From Sminthopsis crassicaudata (Eukaryota): 64,000 bases of DNA. Positions 1-10,280 of this stretch are shown here, one piece after another; position 1 is the first letter of the stretch; every line of letters begins with the position of its first letter. The translations under genes were made by a program, and so were the position numbers. The notes beneath the pieces are model-generated. The model saw only the letters and a list, made by a program, of their open reading frames with translations. It did not search any database and was not told where the DNA came from. The DNA is taken from the NCBI RefSeq assembly GCF_048593235.1, contig NC_133620.1, positions 464,099,261-464,163,260 of the forward strand, written 5' to 3'.

Positions 1-591
1 CGCCCTGCGCCCCGTGGATGTTGCATGTACAGGGCATGCTCCCTGAGCCCCAGGCTTCACTGTGCCCTCCCGTGCCCCTCCTCTGCCTTCTCCCTCGCTT
101 GATGTGCCTTGTGCCAGGTCTGACGGGGGTGACGTCGTCGCAGTATTCATCAGCCAGCAGGGGGCCCTCCTCCCACTGCTTGGGACTTTGGGGGAGTTCA
201 AAAACAAAATCCCCACTTGGAGCTGCCCCTGCCCCATTCCTCCCTCCTTCCTGTGGGTGCCCTTGGCGGACACGGGCTCTTGGGTGCACCCAGGTTCCTC
301 CAGGGCTGGTTGTGTGTGGGTGTGAGTGTGTCTGTGTGTCTGTGTGTGGTGTGTGCACATGTGTGTGTATTGTACGTGTGTATGGTACATCTGTGCCCGC
401 GTGCATGGTGCCCTTGCCAGGGCCCACCCAGGCTCCCTGCGCCCCTGCCCCCCAAGGCTTTGCTCCAGCCCAGTGACGGTGACTACTGTCCTGCGCTGCC
501 CCCCTCCCCTCTCCCTTCTCACCAAAGCTCTTGGTGCAACCAGCTGCCCATTTTGTGAAATTTTTATGTAGAATAAACATTTGTATCTGTA
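1..591 (+). other. STX1A: Terminal part of a 3' UTR, most likely syntaxin-1A (CDS lies upstream of the window)
   Basis: Seen: no credible CDS, a GT-rich tract at ~310-395, and TTTTTATGTAG-AATAAA-CATTTGTATCTGTA ending ~591, convergent with the BUD23 3' end. Knowledge/inference: STX1A lies tail-to-tail with BUD23 in human 7q11.23. Assignment is by synteny only. Confidence 0.65.
572..577 (+). terminator. Polyadenylation signal AATAAA (putative STX1A)
   Basis: AATAAA at 572-577 with upstream UGUA and U-rich elements; likely cleavage near 590. Confidence 0.7.
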
Positions 592-2447
592 CCGGGTGGA
601 AGGCTCCGGCTCCTTTATTCCAATGCCGGGCCCTGGTCACTCAGGCACCCAGAGCCCATGGCCTGTGTCCCGTCCAGCCTAGGGGGGCTGAGGGGAGCTC
701 ACCAAGGGCGTTGAGATGCTCAGAGGCTCAGGAAAGCCGGGATCCCCAGGCTGACCTGACAGACCAGCAGCTGCCTGGGGGATGGGGTCTGGGCAAGCGA
801 TGGCCTGGAAGGAGCCCAGTGCCAGGGCACGGGGCTTCCAACCTCCTTCCTGCTCCAAATCCTAGGCTCTGACGTCAGGGGGGAACAGAAATGGCAAACC
901 ATGGTGGGAGACGGAGGCTGTGGTTCCTCACCTCCCCCCCCATTCACCTTAACTCTCACAGTGCCCCCACAATGGGCCCCCCTGCCATCATTTCCGGCCT
1001 GCACCGGCCCACCTGCCACATACCTGCTGCCCTGACATTCTGGGAGCACTCTGCTTAAGAACCGTCGCTAGCTCCCGAGGCCCTCGGCTCACTATCGGGT
1101 CCCACCCTGTCCCTCGACCCCCATTCTAGCCAGACTGACCTCTCCCAGTTCTCACACCAGCTCCTGGCTCCGAGCTTTGGCCCCAGCCAGCTCCTCTGAG
1201 GGACAAAAGACGCTTTTCCCTGTCACTCCCCACTCCCCCCCTCCCAGTTATTGCTCGCATGTTCTAACATCTGGTCCCTGGAGTTCTGTGCCCCCACAAG
1301 GAGCCAGTTTTGCTTTTTAGGGTCCTGTAAATGCGGGTGCCTCCCACGGAGTGTAAATGGATCAAATATAAGAACTCCAGCTCCTGTGAAATGCGTCCAC
1401 ACACATGCGTGCACACTCACTCACAGCTGAGACCCTTACCAGACTGTTATGGAAGTTTATGTCCCTCCCTAGTGGAGGCGGGGGGAGGAGGGAATGGGAC
1501 AGTGACTTGCATTTCTCCGAGGAATCTTTGGCTCCTCACTGGTGCATAAACCCTGGCCCATCTCCTGACACTTGCCAATTAACTGGCATTTACCCAGGAT
1601 TGATTTTCCCCAGGCCAGAGTCTCAGCTGAGCCTAGTGGTCAGAGCAGAGGGGCCCTCCAAACTAATGTTCATAGTTCATACTCTGTCATACACTCTGCA
1701 CCCAGCGAGACTTAGCCCCTGCTCATAACCAGGGAGCCCCGGGACCTCTGAGAAGTTAAGAGCGTGGGTGACACAGACCCAGGACTTTCCCCAAATGAGG
1801 AATAAAAAGAGGCAAGAAACCGATCAGCCCCCATCCCATTTCTAAATTCTTCCAACTCACTGCACCCTCGTTCCAAAAGCGTCGGGGAGAACTCTCCTTT
1901 CCTGTGATTCCCCCCAAAACACTCCAGCACCGGTCTCATCTTCGCTTCCTTATCGCAGACCTAGCACAAGGCCTGACTAATGGCACAACCTGAACCCTGG
2001 TCCCTCACTAGAACACAATCCTCTGCTCCCTTGGTTCCATTAACCCCTCTGGGGCAGCAAGCTGGGCTCTCTGCGCCCCATTCCCCTCAAGAGGTCCCAC
2101 GCATCCAAACTCCCAAGCTACCCACCAGCAGCAGACAAGGCACAGGCCAAAGCAACTGCGCCAGGCCGGCCAGCATTTTCGCTCTCCTCCTGTGGGCCTC
2201 TCACCACAGCCTCTTCCCTTTTCTCTCTGGTTTCCTCGGCCCTCACTGCTTAACAAGGAGGAGGATGGCTCAGTGGGAAGAGCCTGGGAAGCTGGGTCAA
2301 TGCCCCCACTGCCCCACTGCCCCAAGCTGACTGTCTCAGGGCTCCATGAGCTGGAAGTCAAGTCAATGAAATGGGAAGTGGTCAGTCTCCTACGGCAGGA
2401 AACATGACATCCACTTTCAAGAATGTCTCACTTTTGCCAAGTTGTAC

Positions 2448-2453
2448 TTTATT
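2448..2453 (-). terminator. Polyadenylation signal of BUD23
   Basis: TTTATT on + (AATAAA on -), ~375 nt downstream of the BUD23 stop codon. Confidence 0.7.
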
Positions 2454-2826
2454 CAAAAATAAGATGAAATGATCCAAGTCTTTTCTTGCAGGAACCTTGC
2501 TCTCCCCAAGCCCCCCAACCCCATGCCCAGGCTGCCATTTCACAGTGGGGCAGGCTCTTGCAAACACCAGCCACGGACCCAGGAACAGGCCACTCCCAGC
2601 CTCCAGCCCCACTGTGCCCCTTTGGCAGAAGCTAGAGCCAGTCACCACCTCCTGGGTCAGCAAAGTTAAGGCACAAATGGAGAGCCACAAGCCCTGGGGA
2701 ACCAATGGTGGGCTCCTGGGGGCCACAGCCGCTGGAACGTGGCAGACAAGCAGCAGATGAGCTAGAGCGGCCCAAAGGGCAACGGGGCTGAGCTCTGGGC
2801 CGGGTTGAGAGGACGCATGCAGCTGC

Positions 2827-2881
2827 TCAGAAGTGGGGCCTCCGCTTGCGGCCAGTGTAACGTGTGTCAGCTCGCACCTCC
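2827..2881 (-). CDS. BUD23: BUD23 exon 12, coding part ([17 protein letters not shown])
   Basis: ccccttgtag acceptor; TGA at 2829-2827. Confidence 0.95.
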
Positions 2882-5800
2882 CTACAAGGGGAACAGGGTG
2901 TCAGAAGGGAAATGAATAGAGGAACCCACAGGAGGCCACGGTTTACCCCCTAAACCACTGAGAACATGAGACCCAGGGGGAGATCCAAGGTCCAGTATGG
3001 GGCAGGCCGTCTCCTGAGCCAGACGGGGAATGTCCCAAGCCATCTCTGTCACCCACATCCTGCTCCCAGATGGGGAGGACAACCAAGGCTGGGGGAGGAC
3101 GTGGGTGGCGTCCCTGACCTCCCCACCTGGCCTCGGCATATTCCAGGATTCACTAAAGGGACCATCCTGCCTCTATTCCTTCACCCCCGAACGCACAGCC
3201 AGACCTTCCACACACTCACTTGCCCTGCCGCCGCCGCCTCTCCTTCTTCTCCAGTATCCAGTCCCGGCTCTTCTTCAGCGACTTCCCCTTCGCTGTCTTA
3301 TAACGCATCCTGGAGGGAGGAAGATTTGTGAGCTACGAGGTCACGTCCCCCATCCCGCCCTCTCTACCACCTCGGCAATGATCATTCCTTCCCTCTTCTC
3401 CAAGTGCCAGTGGCAGACTGCACACAATGCAGCATTGGCCAGGAGGAGCCCCACTCCCCATGGCGTGCTCTCCTGGGAAGGGCCCGTCCCCCAGACAGCC
3501 CTCCTCTATCCCCGAGCTGCCTCCTGCCCCTCTCATAGCTTCCAACTCCAAGGCCGCCTCTCCATGAAGCTGCCTTTGTCTCTCAGCCAGGAATGATTCT
3601 TCCCTCTCCTCTTGACCTCAGAGATCTGAGACTCACTGTTTTCAATGTTATTCTATTTATCTTTGCCCAGTCTTATCTCCACTGAAAAATTTTAAGTCTT
3701 TACTGTCTCCTTAGACACTCATTCATTAGCTACTATGTGCTTGTTCAATGTCATCAGATGGAGATCCCAGCGTTCCAGCCACTCTGGACCCATGGATACC
3801 TGTGCCTAGTAGCAACTACTTGTTCCAGTAAAGCAATCGGGGCGGAGGGAGTCCCAAAAGGGCAAAAAGGGGCCAAGTGCTGGGAGCCCCCACCCCAAAA
3901 AAGTCCAAGGCGGCACTCCAACAGGTGGCCCACAACTCACTTCAAGTCACTGTGCTGAAGTTAAAATAATTATCTGGCAAGGGCTGCTTTTTAAAATTTT
4001 AAGAAAATGCCCTAGGCTCTAAAAAAGCTGTTAAAATTTGGGAGCAAAGGAAAGTTACACCTGAATGGGAGCCAAGAGGCCAGGCTCAGGCTGAACTGCC
4101 CTAGAGCTGTCACCTGAGCACGCCTCATCCTCCTTGGACCTGTTTCACCACCTGTAACATGACAGGGTTGTGTTCTGACAGCCTAGGACTCAGCTGACAG
4201 ACAGGAGGGCTGGTGGAGCTCTTGCCCTCAGACCAGAGCCCAGAAAACCCACAGATGGGCCAGGCAGCACCCACTCAACAGCGCAGAGGCACTTTGGTGT
4301 CTGAGGCAGGAAAACGCGGCCGCCGTGGCTAAGGACGGCCCCGACGAGAGTCCTTCAGGGATGCTCTTGGTCCCTTGCCCCGGCTGCTAGGGGCAAGCAT
4401 CCCAGCAGCCCCACAGCTCAGAGACGCTCAGGATGACGGCCAGTCTGGGTCTGTGAGGCCATCCATCAAGACCAGGTCGGAACGTTTTGGGGAGTGAGCC
4501 GCACAATCAAGTTTCACTCCCCTCACTTGTTCCAAATCTTTTCTCTCTCCTTCCTTCTTTGGGCCCAACTGTTACAATTAGCAATTCTTAATCCTTTTAA
4601 GCTGCTCCAGACATAAAGGGCAGGAGGAGAGAACGGTTGAAACAGGGAGTCAACACCAGACCCCACAGACTTTTCCCAACACGATCTCACTGTTTAAAGT
4701 AAACCACGGGGAGGACAGGGAAAGCTGACCATCTCTACAAGCTTCCTGCCCCAAGGGGGACTTCCTCCTCCCTGACCATAGTCAGAGCTCTCCAATCTCC
4801 ATCTCCTTCCTCCCTGGGTATTGCCCAAACCAGCCAGGAACAAGGCTGCATCAGAAGTCTACCTTTCCTTGGAGAACTTGGACTCTTTCCTCTCTTGTTC
4901 ATCTCCACACTCAGTGCCCAGGCCCTGCAAACAGAGTCAAGGTCAGAAGGCAGGGAGGGCCCAGTTGTGGGAAGGGCACCAAGCACACCAACCCGAACAA
5001 CTGCCCCCGCCCTGGGTTTGAAGCCGGCCTCTGCCAACTGTCCGGCCCCAGGCAAGTCATCTCCCTCTGTGGGTGGGCCCCTACTTCTGAGGGGGTGTAA
5101 AGAAAGCAACCCCCCCACACACACATATCCAGGAGTTTCTCAGAGCAGGTTTTGGGCCCCTTTGGGGTACCCAGAGACAAGTCCGACAAAACAAAGTATA
5201 AAACCTCCCTTGAGTGACCTAAAGGACCATGCCTCTGGCCGTGCTGGACATTGTGAGTGTCCAGCGAACATTCTCTGACTTCCCAGCCCACCCTGCCCCC
5301 TTTCCTTAGACAGCAAGAGGGACGAGGCACCATGTTCTTTGAACAAGAAGCTCTTCCTTACCGTGGGCAGCACACCCGAAGGCCCAACAAACAGACAGAG
5401 GAAGAATCTGAAGAAAAAGCACATCAAGGAGCTAGTCTTGAAGAAGTAAGTGCCCTCATTTCCCCTGATGCTCCCTTAAGGTAGCGCCGCCCCCGCCACG
5501 TCAAACACACCAGCAGCGTGTGCCCATCTGGATGGCCGTTCTCTCCACCCCCACCTCCCCAGAGACAGGATGACGACCCCAGACTCACTTCTTAGCTTTT
5601 GTGCTGTTGGGGAAGTCCACCACCATGCCTCCAGTGAAGCCGGCCTTCATGGCCTGGGTTGTGATCAGCTCCAACTGTGGGCAGAGAAAGTCCCCCGGGA
5701 GCAGGCTTCAGGAGCGGCCCAACTGCCCCGGCCCCAGCCTCTCCTGAAGCCCGCGGGGCCGTCAGATGCCTCTGGCCCTCGCCAAACCCGAGCGGTAGGG

Positions 5801-8800
5801 ACAGAGCGAAAGGCGCCTTCCCCGAGCCGCCCCAGCCTGGAGGCGCCGCCGACGGGAGCGAGCGTTTCACAACAGGGCAGTTTCCTTGCCTGCCTCGTGC
5901 CCTCCGCACTAAGGACCGTGTCCGCCACGTAGGAAACACATAACAAAGGAGTCCTTGCTTCCACTGTGTGAAAACGACCCGGGCGCCTCACAAGGCTCTC
6001 GGGATTTCCCGAGCTGTGCAGGAGGAGCCTCCCCGGGACATCTTGTGTCCAGACCACAAAAAGAACCTCAACTTCCCACAAGCTGCCCCTGAGCTCCATG
6101 AGCACCATTCCCAGCCTGAGGTGAGACCAAACCCCCCCACCCCACAACAAGAAGTCGGGTCCACGGTCCCCGTGGTGGGAAAGTCCCAAAGCCCCGGAGT
6201 CGCTGCTCTCCTCTGAAGGCTTTTGGGACTCACGTCCCCTCTAGGCAAGGAGAGTCTTACAGAATTATGGTCAACAAGTGCTCAGGCTCCAGTCCGGACT
6301 GGGGAAGGGGGCGCAGTCTTCTTGTCAGACCCGGAGTATGCAGAGATCCAGGACTAGCAAAAGGAGCGCTCCCCCCCGCTTCTAACCAATCACTGGTGGA
6401 CACAACCCTACGCCTTTCACCAACACTCAAAACTGAGGCATGAAGGAAAGGAAAAATCCGCTAAGTCTTAGAAAAAAGGTTTTCAGCCTTTTTAATGCTA
6501 GGAACCAGAGGCCTATGGGTTCCTTAGAAGAGCGAGATTTTTTTTTAAGTATGTGAAATAAAATCCATAGGATTAGTTCAAATAAAGATGGCGCGATATG
6601 GAGAACATCCCTTTCGGGTAGAGGCTGGCCTCGGAGGTCCTCTCCCCCCCTCAGACGCCGGCCGTCCCCTCAGAGTTTGGAGCCCGGCTCCCCAGCTCGT
6701 CCCACGCCAGTGGGCTCACCTGCTCGGCGTTCTCCGGATACAGCTGCAACACCGCTCGAGCTCCTCGGGCCTGCAGGAGAATGGACACTGTGGGTCTCTG
6801 GACAGCCCCCGGGCCACCCCCAAAAGCCAGGAGGGCGCCTACTCACCAGCACAGAATAAAGGGACGAAAAGAAGCAGTGCAGGCGCTTGGCGGGGTTGTG
6901 CGTCCTCTGGTCGGCGTTGCAGAGCCACTGCACGGCGGAGATGCTGACGAAGGACAGAAGGCGTCTTTGGGAGCACGGCTGAACCTGGCAGGCCGGCCTC
7001 CCCGCCCCCCCCCCAGCTGCTCCCTCTCCATCCCCCGCTCCCGTCCAACCGCCGTCCCCTGGAATCCGAGCCTATCGCCTCAGTCTCCTGCCGCCTCTGC
7101 TCGGACCTGGTCGATTTCTGCCATTTAGCCCAAGAACGTCCCCGAAGGGCACAGGTTCACCCTTGAAGGCACAAGATGCTTTTTCTCAGCCCTAGCCTAG
7201 CCAACCTTCCGCTTGCCTTTGCAAGTTGCTTTTCCCTCGCCTCGTATGGGTCTTTGCCTGGATTGTTTCTCCAATTAACTCAAAAATTCACCCTCATTAG
7301 ATAAGGATACAAGCAGCCCCCCCCCCCTTAAAATGTCGGAAAGTTAGACTGTAACTTTCCCCTCCTCTCTCCTGATCTCCTTCCCCAAGAAGTCGTCCCC
7401 AGTGGGAGGAGCGGCTCAGCATCCCTGAAAGACCCTCTGGACTCCCCCCGGGCTTTCTCCCCGTTTCACGTTCCAGTCCAAGGTGACAGAGCGAGGTTAC
7501 CGCTCAGCGCCCTCCACACTCCCCTCCCAGCACCACAAACACTGCACACGCTGCAGCCAAACACAGGACGGCCGAGACCTCTCCGACCACCCGGCCGGAG
7601 ATCCAGACTAGAGAGCCCCAGGCGAGTCTTCCCGCCTCTGGGCCCGCCCCCCCCCCCTCGGCTCCCACCGGCACGGCCCCTCCCCCGACACCGGGCCCAG
7701 CGTACCTGATACAGCCGTCGAACGTGCCGGGCCTGAAGGGGATGCCCTGGCCCATGTCCCCCTTAAGCAGGTCTCCCTCCACCTCGCGGTCCACGGCCAC
7801 ATCTGCGTGAGAGACGATGGCACGAGGGGCTCGAGCCGGCCCTCGCCCCCCCACACACACACACAGTGCCCGCCGCCCCGCCGGCCCACTCACCCAGCAT
7901 GGCGGAGCTGATGTCGATGCCCACCCAGTGGTGCCCCTGCCCCGAGATGAAGTCGCCACTGAGCCCGGAGCCACAGCTGGAAGGCAAAGTGGGACGAGAG
8001 TCAGGGGAGCGCGAGCAGCCCCGAGGGCGCCGGAGACCTCCCGGGGAAGCCCCCGCCTTACCCCACATCCAGCAGGAAGCAGGGCTGGTCCTCGGGCAGA
8101 CTGAGGAGCTCCACGGCCCGCTCCGACATCTGGGTCTGGATCTCAATCATCCGGGAGCTGGGGGGAGGGGGGAGCACACGGTGGCTCAGCCCTGTCTGCA
8201 GCCAGAGGCAAACAAGGCGGGGCCAGAGCTCCGGCTCATCCCTCAGCAGCCCTTCTACCTGGCACTTCCCACGGCCCCTCACACAGGAGCCTCAGGCTGC
8301 AGGCCCCAGCGTCACCTAGGGCCCTCTGCCGGTGCGCCGGACCCCTCCCCAGAGCGCCCCCCATGCCCCTCCCCCTCCCCCACTATTCCCCTACCCGGAT
8401 CTATTCCTGCCCCTGCCCCTCCCCCAGCAGGCACCCCCCCTCGGCGGAGGAATCATCAGGGTCCTTCTGCTGCACAAAGGCCGCCACTCCCGTGTCCCGA
8501 GGATCTCTCGGCAGGGCCCGCGAACAGCGTGGTCAAGGCCCCGGGCTCCCAGTCCTGGCCCATGTTCCCCCTCAGAACCGGAGGCTGAGAGGCCCCATGA
8601 CCCCCCCCCCTTCAATTCCTTATGCCACAGACACCCACCCCACGGGCCATCGGGGAGCTCCCGAACCTCTCCCCACGCTCACCCACTTAGTCGCTGGGCC
8701 TCTGCCGACCCCATCTCCTTTTGCCCTCACACCCACCCTGGGGGCGGGGGGGTGCTGCCGTTATTCCCATTTTACAGCTAAGAAAACTGAGGCAGGTCCA

Positions 8801-9045
8801 GGGAGAACGAGCGGACTCCAGGCCCCGCCCCCTCCCGGCTCCCCAAACTTCCGCCAGGCCCGGCTCTTACTTGTGAGTGTACTTCCGGGCTTCTTCCTCA
8901 TTGTAAAACTGCGGGGGAGACAGAGAGAGAGAGGGCGCCAATAAGAGGGGGGTCGGAGGCAGCGGGGCCGGAGCTCGGGGGAACGGGAGAGGCTCACCAG
9001 CTCAGGGGGCCCGCGGTGCTCCGGCCTTCGGCCGCCGCACGCCAT
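2827..9045 (-). CDS. BUD23: 18S rRNA (guanine-N7)-methyltransferase BUD23/WBSCR22, 12 coding exons, 849 nt = 282 aa + stop
   Basis: Exons (minus strand): 9045-8998, 8908-8871, 8157-8062, 7976-7894, 7802-7706, 6943-6847, 6770-6720, 5674-5589, 5407-5362, 4924-4863, 3309-3220, 2881-2827. All introns are GT-AG and phases are compatible. Protein starts [26 protein letters not shown], carries SAM-binding motif LLDVGCGSGLSG and [29 protein letters not shown], and ends [17 protein letters not shown], matching human BUD23 as I recall it. Confidence 0.98.
3220..3309 (-). CDS. BUD23: BUD23 exon 11 ([30 protein letters not shown])
   Basis: AG/GT boundaries, 90 nt; basic NLS-like segment. Confidence 0.95.
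4863..4924 (-). CDS. BUD23: BUD23 exon 10 ([21 protein letters not shown])
   Basis: tgtttgcag acceptor, gtagac donor, 62 nt; phase fits both neighbours. Confidence 0.9.
5362..5407 (-). CDS. BUD23: BUD23 exon 9 ([15 protein letters not shown])
   Basis: AG/GT boundaries, 46 nt. Confidence 0.95.
5589..5674 (-). CDS. BUD23: BUD23 exon 8 ([29 protein letters not shown])
   Basis: AG/GT boundaries, 86 nt. Confidence 0.96.
6720..6770 (-). CDS. BUD23: BUD23 exon 7 ([17 protein letters not shown])
   Basis: AG/GT boundaries, 51 nt. Confidence 0.96.
6847..6943 (-). CDS. BUD23: BUD23 exon 6 ([32 protein letters not shown])
   Basis: AG/GT boundaries, 97 nt. Confidence 0.96.
7706..7802 (-). CDS. BUD23: BUD23 exon 5 ([31 protein letters not shown])
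   Basis: AG/GT boundaries, 97 nt. Confidence 0.96.
7894..7976 (-). CDS. BUD23: BUD23 exon 4 ([27 protein letters not shown])
   Basis: AG/GT boundaries, 83 nt. Confidence 0.96.
8062..8157 (-). CDS. BUD23: BUD23 exon 3 ([32 protein letters not shown])
   Basis: AG/GT boundaries, 96 nt. Confidence 0.96.
8871..8908 (-). CDS. BUD23: BUD23 exon 2 ([13 protein letters not shown])
   Basis: cccccgcag acceptor, gtaaga donor, 38 nt. Confidence 0.95.
8998..9045 (-). CDS. BUD23: BUD23 coding exon 1 ([16 protein letters not shown])
   Basis: ATG at 9045 in GCCATGG context; donor GTGAGC. Confidence 0.95.
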
Positions 9046-9300
9046 GGCTACACTTCACGACTGCCTTCAGCGCGGCATCCGCGTCATCTCCCAGCGCCGC
9101 CCTTAGGACCCAACCGCCGCTTCGGGGCCACGAATTGCGTCATATTCCCGCGCAGGCGCAAGCGCACTGCAGCCCGTCCTAGCCCCGTCCCTTCCTGAAC
9201 CGACTTCTTCCTCTACGCGATTGGCCCTGAGCAGAGTTCGTCAGGTAACCCGCCCCGTCTCATTGGCCGGCCCTTCCGACTCCACCCCGCCCGGCGCAAG
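9046..9300. promoter_or_regulatory. Bidirectional promoter shared by BUD23 and DNAJC30
   Basis: 255 bp between divergent ATGs. NRF1-type CGCGCAGGCGCA (9149-9160), CRE/AP1-like TTGCGTCA (9135-9142), two inverted CCAAT boxes (ATTGG 9220-9224, 9262-9266), GC box (~9249-9257), YY1 motif CAAGATGGCGGCC (9297-9309) overlapping the DNAJC30 ATG; no TATA box. Confidence 0.9.
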
Positions 9301-9960
9301 ATGGCGGCCCTAGTGGGCCGGCGGTGTCCGCCGGTGTGGTGGCCCGCTGGGCTTCAGGAGGTCCGGACCAGCTCCTCCGGCAGAGGCGGCTACTGGACCG
9401 GGAAGGACCAGGCAAGCGCTGGCTCCTCCCGGTACTCGCGCACGGCGTTGTACGACCTGCTGGACGTCCCGGTCACGGCTACCCAGGCGCAGATCAAGGC
9501 GGCCTACTACCGGCAGAGCTTCCTCTATCACCCTGACCGCAACTCGGGCAGCGCGGAGGCGGCGGAGCGCTTCACGCGCATCGGCCAGGCCTACATGGTG
9601 CTGGGCAGCACGGCGCTGCGCCGCCAGTACGACCGCGGCCTGCTGGGCGCCGAGTACGCGCAAGTCACCACGCACGCGCCCCCGTCCCCTCGGACCCCGC
9701 GGACCGAGTCTGCGCACTCCGCCTACGGCCCCCAGCGCGCGCGGCCCGCCCCGGGCGGCCAGCACATGTTTGACTTCGACGCCTTCTACCGGGCGCACTA
9801 CGGGGAGCAGCTGGAGCGCGAGCAGCGGCTGCGGGCGCAACGCGAGGCCCTGCGCAAAGCCCGCGAAGTGCGCGCCCGCTCGGGGCTGCGCTGGGATGAC
9901 AGCATGCTCCTGGGCCTAGTGCTGCTGCTGGGCTTCATGGGCTTGTCGCACCTCAAGTAG
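9301..9960 (+). CDS. DNAJC30: DnaJ (Hsp40) family member C30, mitochondrial; intronless, 219 aa
   Basis: J-domain [47 protein letters not shown] with HPD motif, conserved [23 protein letters not shown] segment and hydrophobic C-terminal TM helix; head-to-head with BUD23 as in human. Confidence 0.98.
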   Translation: MAALVGRRCPPVWWPAGLQEVRTSSSGRGGYWTGKDQASAGSSRYSRTALYDLLDVPVTATQAQIKAAYYRQSFLYHPDRNSGSAEAAERFTRIGQAYMVLGSTALRRQYDRGLLGAEYAQVTTHAPPSPRTPRTESAHSAYGPQRARPAPGGQHMFDFDAFYRAHYGEQLEREQRLRAQREALRKAREVRARSGLRWDDSMLLGLVLLLGFMGLSHLK

Positions 9961-10274
9961 TCGGACTGCCGGGGCTTCGGTCCCGCCCTGCGCCTGCAGG
10001 AGGACGCGGGGGGCGGGGTCCCCAGAGCCAAATGAACCGTGTCTCAATGCATCCTGAGCTTCTGTCTTTGTTATCAGTCACCGGCTGCAACCACAGGGGA
10101 TGGCGGTGGGTCTGTGCGGCCTCGCCCGCTGTAGATGCCTTGTGTCCAGCGCCCCATGGGAAGCAGTGGGCTGAACCGGAAGACCCTCCGGGGTCCTCTC
10201 TGTGTCTGAGATTTTATTGAAGCCGAAGGTGCCAAGGAAGCCGCCGGTTGCTTTCTCTCCTGGCCAGTTTCCCC

Positions 10275-10280
10275 AATAAA
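10275..10280 (+). terminator. Polyadenylation signal of DNAJC30
   Basis: AATAAA ~315 nt after the stop codon. Confidence 0.65.

Larger units (their letters stand above)
6600..10030. promoter_or_regulatory. CpG island / CpG-rich domain over BUD23 exons 1-7 and all of DNAJC30
   Basis: Visibly high GC and CpG density; boundaries estimated by eye. Confidence 0.8.

Noticed and set aside
6585-6593. YY1-like AAGATGGCG in BUD23 intron 7
   Set aside because: Isolated partial motif with no supporting cluster.
7866-8944. Long plus-strand ORFs (240, 149, 193 aa) antisense to BUD23
   Set aside because: Shadows of GC-rich BUD23 exons and introns.
9324-9536. Alternative-frame ORF within the DNAJC30 5' CDS suggesting a frameshifted presequence
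   Set aside because: The main ORF is continuous from a strong ATG to the J-domain with human-identical residue numbering, so no frameshift is needed.
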